A stretch of 64,000 bases of DNA, taken from the NCBI RefSeq assembly GCF_009914755.1, contig NC_060927.1; one strand, written 5' to 3'. Position numbers and translations under genes: made by a program. Position 1 is the stretch's first letter. Each line of letters opens with the position of its first letter. Below, piece after piece: positions 53,037-64,000 of this stretch. This stretch comes from the human T2T-CHM13v2.0 reference genome, Homo sapiens. The notes under the pieces were generated by a model, which did not search any database, was not told the origin of the DNA, and saw only the letters and a program-made list of their open reading frames with translations.

Positions 53037-53139
53037 CACCCTACTACCATGTTCAACAGAGAGACTGTCTCCTCTCCTTAGCCAAAGATTAACTTCAGAC
53101 ATTGATAGTAAGAAGTTATGACTCTAAGATCTTGTGAGA

Positions 53140-53620
53140 TATAAATATTTATTGAGCACCACTGTGAAGCAGATGCTGGGCTATGCAATGGTTCAGAATG
53201 GTGGGAGTGCAGTGGTGGGAACACAATGGTGCAGAAGACCATTGCATTCTCAGGTCTTACAGCCTGCAGAGGAAGACAAGCAGGAAAAAGGCACAGATGA
53301 GCAGTTATATAATGGAGTCATAGGATGCTGCAGAGACACATATAAGTAGACGTGCTTTAGAGAAGTCTAGCCAGAGGAAGTGACATCTTTGTGGAAACCT
53401 GAGCAAAATTTGTCAAAGAAAAAGGGAGGTGAGTGTTTTTGAAACAAAGATTTACAAAGGTCAGAAGAAAATCAGAAATTTTAGGAAATTATTTAATATA
53501 TTTAAAGTGTTAAGAGGGGAGCCAAGGTTAAAGAGGTAAACAGAGAGCTGAGGACATTTTAGGTCCATTCAGGGATTTGAACTTGACCGTAAGAACAATA
53601 GGGAGCAGCTGAACAGTTCC
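53140..53620 (-). mobile_element. L2 3' region
   Basis: aaatatttattgagcaccactgtg...ccagaggaagtgacatct...gaacaatagggagcagctga. Confidence 0.7.
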
Positions 53621-55499
53621 TGCAGCACATACCTGTGATGCTAGCCCTACAAAACCTTAAAATGCCTCTGAGTCTGTTTTGGTAGTGGGAATGATGGCAA
53701 GGTGGTGATCAGGACAGTTTCATACCTATATACAGTATTGTGAATTCTATGGGAATATTACACTGGCATTTGCAAAGATATTTATGTTTTTCAGAAGTTA
53801 ATTCACAAAGAACTTTTTGCTTTATGACAAAAGAGATGCAATAGCATCGGGGGAAAAACACTGATAGAAGGGCATTTCCTAGACATAATCCTGTTTTCTA
53901 CTCCATGTGGGTAGTACTGGCTTTGTTTTGGTAACCTCTAGTCTTTACTTCTATCTTCCAAGCGGGTTTTGTACTGTTCATTAGTATTTATTCATTTGTG
54001 AGCATTATGTTTTATATTATTTAGATAAATCATATGTTTCTTTTGTTGTTTTCCCCACGTTAAGTATAAAAGACAGTCTTAAGATCTTTCTGTTAGTTAA
54101 TGATTGAGGGAGTTATACAATACTTCAGTGCTTTCCAATAACCATCCTGAATTTGCTCCTCTTATGTGTCTGCCTTGGGTATTTTTCATTCATCCATCCA
54201 TGCATTTCTGTTTACAAAAACTATGTATCACCTGTATGTTCTCTGTTTTTGAAGTCATTATTATTTTGCATTGGGAAGAGAAAGATCTCCATAGTAACAG
54301 TCTCTTCCCTAATGTCTATCGGTAGTGTTTAATAATTATAAAAATCTTCCCAACATGAAAATAGCTCCTCAAATTAAATTCAAGCAGAGTCCGGTCAGCA
54401 TTCAGAGGAAATAGCTTCATTACAATGAATGGAGAATTGGGCCCAGAAAACTCAAAAGCATGTCAAATATTTAAATGTTTCTTTGCAATTTCAATGCTGT
54501 CTGGGAAAGGGTGAAATCATTCTGACAATTTTTGAAGACTCAGTAATGAAAATGGTGCTTACGACCCTCAAAGCATCTAAAGCATGAACACAATGAGGAG
54601 AACAGAGTTCCTTGTGTTGTTATTCACAGGTGTTTTATGTAGGACTGGCAGCTTACTCTACCACAGAGTAACTTTCTGACCCTTTTTTTGCTGTCATCAT
54701 AACTAGCATAAATGATATTTTTATGGGAAGTGAACCACTGAAATTTTCATGAAGACAAGTTAAAAGGAGACAAGTTTTGCAAGGAAATAAATCTACAAAT
54801 GATAAATTCTTCAGTAGTCTTTCCCTGGAAATGTTAGAGATGTTCTGTACCAATTGTACTTTAATAATTTAAGAAGTGTCTATCCTCTCTTCACTAACTA
54901 ATGCTTACCCTAGCAATTTCAGGTCCCACTGCCAGAATACATTATTACAAAGTGATATTTTCCCTTCTGAAGAGACACATAGCCAGCCCAAAAGCTGTAA
55001 GTGCAAATCAAAGGCTCCTCTCTCAGAAAAAGGGGAAATCTCTCCAATTACCTTAAATTGGAAGAAAAAACTCTCAAGAAAAAGGCATTAAGAGAAAATG
55101 GCCTTTACTCTGCTATCTCAATATAAAATTCTGCCATTTTCGGCTTAACTGCTTCACTGGCCCCCAGACTAGATCAACATACCCAAAACAGCAGGCAACA
55201 ATAAGTTAATAGTCCTTGGTCCCAATGTGAGGAAATAGGGAGAGAAAGGAATGACTTATGAGCTATTCTCAAGTTGTAAGACATTAACAACTGAGAAAGC
55301 GATTTTAGTGTACAGCCTGATTCATATTATTTGTTTTGGGCCTGAATCAGTTCTACATTTTTCTTATATACTTATAATATTTTCCTATATAAGTAATCAT
55401 TCTATGTATTTACCCTGGACATATATTTCTCTTAGATAATAAGGTGTTTATTCTTTGCTACAATCATTTTGGATCTTATATAAGCATCCATCAAAAATG

Positions 55500-55690
55500 A
55501 GAAAAAGACATTATTAGAGTATGTGATTATGGCTTTGACTTAACCTTTCAATGACTCAATGTCCTTCTCTGAAAACTAAGAGTAATTAATAATAATGCCT
55601 TTATCAGGAGGTAAATGAGTTAATACACATAAAGCCTTTAGATGATGGTATGGGACACAGAAAGGCCCCTGTACACTAGCTATTATTATC
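55500..55690 (+). mobile_element. MIR
   Basis: gactcaatgtccttctctgaaaa...taaatgagttaatacacataaagccttag...tagctattatta. Confidence 0.6.
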
Positions 55691-56654
55691 TAAATCAAAA
55701 TGCCCTCTTACTATTTTTTCTTAGTATGTATTCATAGCACCAATAAAGCTTGCTTAATCTAATAATGAAATTTAGCATAAAGCGAAGTCTGACTTTCTTT
55801 TTCTTGTTGTTACTTCCTGCCAGAATGCTTTACAAATTAGGCAGGGGCTGAAGTGGGAAGGATAAAGGACTGATAATCACAAAGCCACGATCTGCATCTT
55901 GCCATTACTACTAGCCAGCTATGTTAACTTGTGCTACTCCCTCACACATCAGTACTCAGTTTCCCTTTATGTAAAATAAGACATAAATGGCTCTTGTTCT
56001 GTATTGGCATTTGCTAGTCATGATGTACCAGATGCTAAAAAAGACCACATGCAGAAGATGTTCTTACTTGACAAACTCACTCCCTACTAATCTGTTTTTA
56101 CCTCGTTTTTTTGTTTTACCTTGCTATGAGAAGAAAAATCCACAATCAGGGAAAACACAGCAGATACTTAGCAACTCAACAGGGATTAATTTCTTTTACA
56201 TATTATGATACATTTTTCACATGACACAATGTTACGTTTTTCGTGGATGTCCCACCATGTGGTAAATGATTATAACGTCATTGCTGATGTTTGAAAGATT
56301 ATGACTGATAAGGTAAGCCTTATGCTTTCATATTTCTTTTATTTCTACTTCACTCTCCTTATAAATAATTCATAGAACAAAATTACTGTCCCAGAAAAAT
56401 ACAGTCTGTTTCATCAGCCCTTTCACACTTTATTGATCAGTGCATATAATTTTTAGTACATATCCATGGAATTTAGAAATCTAGCCTTTTCCTTTGTTCC
56501 ATGGTACTTTAGAGGCATATATTTCTATCCAAATAATTGTATTTATAAACTCTATACTATGAAAACATTGTTCCTATTTATACTATTTATATTGTAAATC
56601 TTTTTGATATTAAGGACAACTTTCATTCAACTGCTATAAAATTTTTAAAAATAG

Positions 56655-56880
56655 CTATCATTTATTAGGTACTTACAAGTGATCTCAGTCATATCTCATT
56701 TTTTTTTGTTTTGGTCTTTATAACAATACTGTGAGGTAAGTATTATGTCTATTATATGTTAAGAAACTAAGCTCATAGATATTAAATAATTTTTCCAAGG
56801 AACCTAAAGAGTTAGTGCTGGATTCAGAATTTAAATTCTCTGAGTGTTCAGATACCAGAGCTCATGTTTCGACTATGAGA
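56655..56880 (-). mobile_element. MIR
   Basis: aacaatactgtgaggtaagtattat...aagaaactaagctcatagatattaaataattttccaagg. Confidence 0.65.
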
Positions 56881-57474
56881 CATGGTGTCCCTTGTTGAAT
56901 GGGGCTAGCCCAAAAGAATGGTCAGGATCCCAGCCCAGGCTGCTGAAATCTGTTTCTATTATGCCATTCCTTTAGCAATTGATGATATTTAGATCTTTAC
57001 AGGACCCTTCCAACATGATCCTCTTAAAAGTATCTAGCAGATAAGAGGATCCATTTTGTATTGTCTAACAAAAGAATCTATCTAGACCTTATCTGGATTT
57101 TCCATCTCATTTTGACTAAGGATATCCTTTTGGTTGGAAGCTGAGGGTGGTGGTGACAAGCACCAAGAGAGTGGGAAGAGGAATGCAACACTGTCTGTTA
57201 ATCAGTGGGCAAATAGGTGCCCCAGGCAAAGGATCACATCCTTGAAATAGGAAATGTCAGAATGTTACAAAAGCATGAGAAAAATGTCCTAAGAGTAGGA
57301 ATGGTGGAATTGAACAATTTAAGAAGGAGGAAGGAGAAGGCAAGAAAATAAGAGAAACTAAACAAAGCAGTTTGAAGCCATAAAAAAAAGACAACAAAAT
57401 TAAAATTCTTTCTTTCAATTTTGTCTTAATTACCTTTTATTTTCTGTTTCAACAGAGGTACTTTATAGAGTAAA

Positions 57475-57559
57475 AAGTATTAGAATATGTCAAGTGTATA
57501 TATAGTTGACATATTCTAATATAATGTAATATATATATACTCGACATATTCTAATACTT
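57475..57559. repeat. Three-armed inverted repeat
   Basis: Arm 57475-57504 is complementary to both 57506-57521 (16/16) and 57530-57559 (28/30). Confidence 0.9.
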
Positions 57560-58224
57560 ATTTTATATATATGTCTTTATATAAATATTTTAAGATTGTG
57601 GGAAAAAAATAGTCTTTAGAGCGATGGATATTTTTACTACAAAGGGGACTGGAAAATACCCTGCCACCTTTTTTAAAAAAGAAAAAAAAAGTCTTAAGTT
57701 GAATTTGATGTTTCGGCTCATTTCTTTCTTTAGTAATCATTTTATATATTCCACAAATTACACCGTTTAATATAATGTTCATTAAAAACATTTCAATTTC
57801 AATCAAGTCCTAGAAAACATTGTAGACCCCCCCTCGCACTCTTTAAAACATATCCACATGGAATTTTCTAAATGCAATATGTTGGAACTTTCCACAATCA
57901 TTGAAAGATAAAAAGTGAATATTTAGTGAAAAGATTGACATTTTTAGAAATTATTAAGAAATATTAAACATTTTATAAAATGATAACCTTATATTTAATA
58001 AAAATAATGTCTTTATTGCTGTATAGTTATATATTACCAATGCTATCCATCAGGACAGAAAATCTGTAAATAAAATTTCCTATACTGGCAAACTCAAATA
58101 CTCATTAAGTCAATGAATTGATTAATTAAAATATAGCCATATCAAGATAATCTTTATATTTATAGTCTGCAACTTCTCTCATAAGAGATATAGAATGATG
58201 CAATACAATTTGTATTTAATTTTG

Positions 58225-61200
58225 TTTTTTTTCTTTTAATTTTAATTTTAGATTCAGGGGGTACATGTGCAGGTTTCTTACAAGGCTATATTGCCTGATG
58301 CTGAAGTTTGAGCCTCTATTGATTCCATCACCTGGTAGTGAACATAGTACCCAATAGGAAGATTTTCAGCCCTTGTTCTCCACCCTTTTTTCCTCCTTTT
58401 GCAGTCCCTAGTGTCTGTTGTTCTCATCTTTATGTCTGTGTGTACCCAAGGTTTAGCTCCCGCCTATAAGTGAGAACATGTGATATTTGGTTTTCCCTTT
58501 CTGTGTTAATTTCCTTAGGATAGTGTCCTCCAGCGGCATCCATGTTGTTGCAAAAGATATAATTTCATTCTTATTTATGGCTGAATAGTATTCCATGGTG
58601 TATATGTACCACATTTTATTTATCCAGTCCACCATTGGAAGGCACCTAGGTTGATTCCAGGTTTTTGCTACTGTGAATATTGCCGCAGTAAACACATGCA
58701 TACAGATGTCTTTTTGGTAGAATGATTTATTTTCCATTGAGTATACACCCAGTAATGGGAATGTTGGGCCAAATGGTAGTTCTGTTTTAAATTCTTTAAG
58801 AAATCTCCAAACTGCTTTCCACAGTGTCTGAACTAATTTACATTCCCACCAACAGCACATAAGTATTACCTTTTCTCCACAGCCTCACTAACATCTGCTG
58901 ATTTTTGACTTTTTAATAATAACCATTCTAACTGGTGAGAGACAGTATCTTACTGTGGTTTTGATTTCCTTTTCTCTAATGATTAGTAATGATGAGCATT
59001 TTTTCATGTGTTTCTTGGCCACCTGTGTGACTTTTTTTGAGAGGAAGCCTGTTCATATCCTAGATGCTGGACATTAGCCCTTTCTCAGACGCATAGTTAG
59101 CAAATATTTTGTCCCATTCTCTAGGTGTCTGTTTACACTGTTGATAGTTTCTTTTGCTGTGTGGATGGTCTTTAGTTTCATTAGGTCCCACTTGTCAATT
59201 TTTGTTTTTATTGTGATTGCTTTTGAAGATGTAGTGATAAATTCTTTGCCTAAACCAATGTCCAGAAAGATATTTCCTAGGTTTTCTTCTAGGGATTTTA
59301 TAGTTTGAGATCTTGTGTTTATATCTTTAATCCATCTCAAGTCAATTTTTGTATATGGTGAAAAGTGGGGATCCAGTTTCATTTTTCTGGATATGGCTAG
59401 CCTGCTATGCCAGTACCATTTATTGAAAAGGGATCCCTTTCCCCATTGCTTATTTTTGTCAACTTCATCAAAGATCATATGGCTGTAGGTGTGTAGCTTT
59501 TCTTCTGGGTGTTCTGTTCCATCCCATTGGTCTACGTGTCTATTTTTGTACCGGTATCATGTTGTTTTGGTTACTGTAGCCTTATATTATAGTTTGAAGT
59601 TGGGTGGTGTGAGGACTCTAACTTTATTCATTTTGCTTAGCATTACTTTGGCTATTCAAGCTCTTTTTTGGTTCCACATGAATTTTAGAATAGTTTTTTT
59701 CTAACTCTGTGAGAAATGACATTGGTAGTTTGATAGGAATAGCATTGAATCTACAGATTGCTTTGGGCAGTATGGATAGTTAAAGGATTTTCAATATCTT
59801 TTAAACAAATGGGCATGGAATGTTTTCCCCTTTGTTTCAGTCAGATATGATTTCTTTCAGCAACGTTTTGTACCTCTCCTTGTAGAGATCTTTCACCTTC
59901 TCGGTGAGACATATTCCTAGATTTCTTTTTGTACGTGTGGCTGTTGTAAATGGGATTGTATTCTAGATTTGGCTCGCAGCTGGAACGTTATTGGTGTATA
60001 GAAACGCAACTGATTTGTTTTTTCTTCTAAAAAAAATGGCATACATGTGCAGAACATACAGGTTTGTTCCATAGATATACATGTGCCATGGTGATTTGCT
60101 GTACCTATTAACCCATCCTCTATGTTCCCTCCCCTCACCCCCACCCCCTAACAGGCCCTGGTGTGTGCTGTTCCCCTCTCTGTATCCACGTGTTCTCAAT
60201 GTTCAACTCCCGCTTATGAGTGAGAACATGTGGTGTTTGGTTTTCTGTTCCTGTGTTAGTTTTCTGAGGATGATGGCTTCCAGCTTCATCCATGTCCTTG
60301 CAAAAGACATGGTTTCATTCCTTTTTATGGCTTCATAGTATTTCGTCATGTATATGTACGACATGTTTTTTTATCCAGTCTGTCACTGATGGGCATTTGG
60401 GTTGGTTCCATGTCATTGCTATTATAAATAATGCTGCAATAAATATTCGTGTGCATGTGTCTTTATAGTAGAATGATTTGTATTTCTTTGGGTATATACC
60501 AAGTAATGGAATTGCTGGGTCAAATGGTGTTTCTGGTTCTAGATCTTTAAGGAATCGTCACACTGTCTTCCACAAAAGTTGAACTAATTTACATTCCCAC
60601 CAACAGAGTAAAAGTTTTCCTATTTCTCCACAGTCTTGCCAACATCTATTGTTTTCTGACTTTTTAATAATGGCCATTCTGACTGGCATGAGATGGTATC
60701 TCATTGTGGTTTTGATTTGCATTTCTCTGATGATCAGAGATGTTGAGCTTTTTTTCATGTTTTTTGGCCATGTAAATGCCTTCTCTTGAGAAGTGTCTGC
60801 TCATATCCTCTGTCCATTTTGTGAGGAGGTTTTGTGTTTTTCTCTTGTAAATACGTTTAAATTCCTTTTAAATTCTGGATATTAGACCTTTGTCAGATGG
60901 GTAGATTGCAGAAATTTTCTCCCATTCTGTAGGTTGCATGTTCACTCTGATGATAGTTGCTTTTGCTGTGCAGAAGCTCTTTAGTTCAATTACATCCCAT
61001 TTGTTAATTTTGGCTTTTGTTCCAATTGCTTTTGGTGTTTGCATCATGAAGTCTTTGCCAGTGCCTACATCCTGAATGGTATTGCCCAGATTTTCTTCTA
61101 CAGTTTTTATGGTTTTGAGTTTTACATTTAAGTCTTTGCTCCATCTTGAGCTAATTTTTATATAAGGTGTAAGGAAGTGGTCCAGTTTCAGTTCTCTGCA

Positions 61201-64000
61201 TATGGCTATCCAGTTTTCCCAGCACCATTAACTGAATAGGAGATCCTTTCCCCATTGCTTGCTTTTGTCAGGTTTGTTGAAGATTAGATGGTTGTAGATG
61301 TGTGGTGTTATTTCTGAGGTCTCTATTCTGCTCCATTGGTTTATATGTCTGTTTTGGTACCAGTACCATGCTGTTTTGGTTACTGTAGCCTTGTGAAACG
61401 CTACTGATTTTTGTACATTGACTTTGTATCCTGAGACTCCTGAAGTTGTTTATCAAATATAGGAAACTTTGTTGGAGTCTTTAGGGTTTTCTAGGTCTAG
61501 AATCATATTGTTAGTGAAAAGAGGTAATTTGACTTCCTCTTTTCCTATTTGGATACCTTACATTTCTTTCTTTTACTTGATTGTTCTGGCTAGGACTTCC
61601 AATACTATGTTGAATATGAGTGGTAAGAGTGAGCATCCTTCTCTTGTTTCAGCTCTTTAGGGAAGTGCTTCCAACTTTTGCCTTTTCAGTATGATATTGA
61701 CTGTGTGTTTGTCATAGATGGCTCTTATTATTTTGAGGTATGCTCTTTTGATACCTAGTTTGTTGGAGGTTTTTATCATTAAGTAATATTGGATTTTGTT
61801 GAATGCTTTTTCTATTTCTGTTGAGACGATCATAAGGTTTTTGTTTAAAATTCTGTTTATGTGGTGAAACACATTCATTGATTTGCATACGTTGAATCAA
61901 TTTTGCATCCAGGGAATAAAGCCTACTTGATCATGGGGGATTAATTTTTGATGTCCTACTGGATTCGGTTTGCAGGTATTTTGGTGAGAATTTTTGAGAC
62001 TATGTTCATCAGGGATATTGGCCTACAGTTTTCTTTTTTCATTGTGACTTTGCCAGATTTTGGTGTTAAGAAGATACTGCTTTTGTAGAATGAGTTGTAG
62101 GGGAATCACTTCTTTTCGATTTTTTGGAATAGTTTCAGGAGGATTGGAAAGACCTCTTCTCTGTACATCTGGTAGAATTTGACTGTGAATCCATCTGAGC
62201 TGGGGATTCTTTTGTTTGGTAGGCTTTTTGAATTACTGATTCAATTTCAGAACTTGTTTTTGGTCTGTTCAGAGTTTTGATTTCTTCCTGATTCAATCTT
62301 GGGAGGTTGTGTATTTCCAGGAATTTATACATTACCTCTAATTTTTCTAGTTTGTACAAATGAGTGTGTTCATAACATTTTCTGAGGATCTTTTGTATTT
62401 CTGTGGGATTGATTGTAATATCACCTTTGTCATTTATGATTGTGCTTATTTGGATCTTCTCTCTTTTTGTCTTTGTTAATCTAGTTAGTGCTCGATCAAT
62501 CTTGTTTATCCTTTCAAAACACCAGTTTTTCATTTCATTGATTCCTTGTATGGTTTTTCAGGTCTCAATTTTGTCTAGTTCTGCTCTGATTTTAGTTATT
62601 CCTTTTCTTCTGCTATCTTTGGGATTTGTTTTTATTTTTCTAATTCCTTTGTTGAAATGGTAGATTGTTAATTTGAGCTCTTTATTTCTTCTTGATGTAG
62701 GTGTTTAATGCTAAAAACTTTCCTCTTAGCACTGCTTTTGCTGCATCCTGGAGATTTTCGTATGCTATGTCTCTGTTTTCATTTGTTTCAGTGAATTTTT
62801 TGATTTCTGCCTGATTCATTGTTAACCTAAAAGGCATTAAGGAGCACATTGTTTAGTTTTCATATAATTGTGTTGTTTCGAGAGTTCCTCTTGGTATTTA
62901 TTTCTATTTTTATTGCATTGTCATCTGAGAGAGTTATTCATTGTATGATTTCACTTTTTTTAAAATTTATCAAGTTTTGCTTTATGACCCCACATGTGGT
63001 CAGTCTTAGAGTACATTCCATGTGCAGATGAGAAGAATGTATATTCTGTGGTTGTTGAGTGGAGTAATCAGTAGATGCTATTAAATCCAGTTTACCGAGT
63101 GTAGAATTTATATCCAGAATTTCTTTCTTAGTTTTCTGCTTTGATGATCTGTCTAATGCTGTCAGTGAGTTGTTGAAGTCCTCTACTATTATTGTGTGGC
63201 TAAGTCTTTTCCTAGGTCTAGAAGTACTTGTTTTATTAATCTGGATGCTCCATTGTTGGGTGTGTATATATTTAAGATAGTGAAGTCTTCTTGTTGAACT
63301 GAATGCTTTATCATTATGTAATGGCCTTATTTGTCTTTTTTAAAGTCTGTTTTATTCTGTGCAAGAATAATGATGCCTGTTTTTTTTTACTTTCCATGTT
63401 TGTGACAGATCTTTCTCCATTCCTTTATGTTGAACCTATGGGTGTCATTACAGGTGAGATGGGTCTCCTGAAGACAGCAGAAGGTTGAATCTTGTTGTTG
63501 TTGTTTTTGTTTTGTTTTTTTCAATCCAAGTGCCACTTTGTGTCCTTTAAGTGGAGGATTTAGACAGTTTACATGTTTACATTCAAGGTTAATACAAATA
63601 TGTGAATTTTTGTTCCTTTTGCAGAGTTGTTGACTTGTTGCTTTTTAGTCTTGATTATGTAGTTGCTTTGTAGGGTCTGTGGTCAAAGTGCTTATGTGTG
63701 TTTTTGTGGTAGCAGATAGTATTCTTTTGTTTCCATGTTACAACTCCCTTAAGCTCTTGTAAGACCAGTCTAGTGGTAACAAATTCCTTTATTGATTGCT
63801 TATCTGGGAAAGATTTTATTTGTCCTTTGCTTATGATGTTTAGTTTAGCGATATATGAAATTCTTGGTTAGTATTTCTTTTCTTTAAGAATGCTAAAAAT
63901 AGATCCGCACTCTTTTGTGTCTTGTAAGGTTTCTGCTGAGAAGTCCACTGTTAGCTTGATAGGGTTCCCTTTTCAGTGATATGGCTCTTTTGTCTAGCTG
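58225..64000 (-). mobile_element. L1PA15/L1PA16, continues past the window end, interrupted by L1PA8
   Basis: 3'UTR tagattcagggggtacatgtgcagg...gatgctgaagtttg; ORF2 fragments ([23 protein letters not shown]); ORF1-like sequence at the right edge. Confidence 0.9.
60017..61394 (-). mobile_element. L1PA8, 5'-truncated (1.38 kb), nested in ORF2 of the older L1
   Basis: L1PA8-type end ttcttctaaaaaaaatggcatacatgtgc; 16-bp TSD gaaacgcWactgattt (60001-60016 and 61395-61410). Confidence 0.9.

Overview
Human genomic DNA, identified by a near-perfect human-specific AluYa5 at 21748-22051. The window is AT-rich, repeat-dense and intronic or intergenic. I can support no protein-coding exon, rRNA, tRNA or CRISPR array; the ORF track is explained by L1, Alu and LTR remnants and chance frames. 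The main elements are: (1) a 3'-deleted L1PA7/8 (4168-8640, -) carrying a solo ERV9 LTR12C in its 5'UTR; (2) a TSD-flanked, near full-length L1PA7 (24758-31211, -) that has lost its ORF1 start, carries an AluY, and retains an ORF0-like antisense frame; (3) an L1PA15/16 (58225 to the window end, -) with a nested L1PA8; (4) about ten Alus, many MaLR LTRs (MLT1, MST, THE1B), MIR/L2 relics and DNA-transposon MITEs. No new biological system can be demonstrated. The best leads are a possible divergent LTR12C / L1-antisense promoter cassette with a matching downstream cryptic exon, a twin-primed L1 with a tiny ~17-20 nt inversion, a pre-miRNA-like hairpin in unique DNA, a three-armed inverted repeat, and a duplicated AP-1 site in helical phase. 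Subfamily names come from recognising consensus motifs by eye, and the edges of old repeats are approximate.
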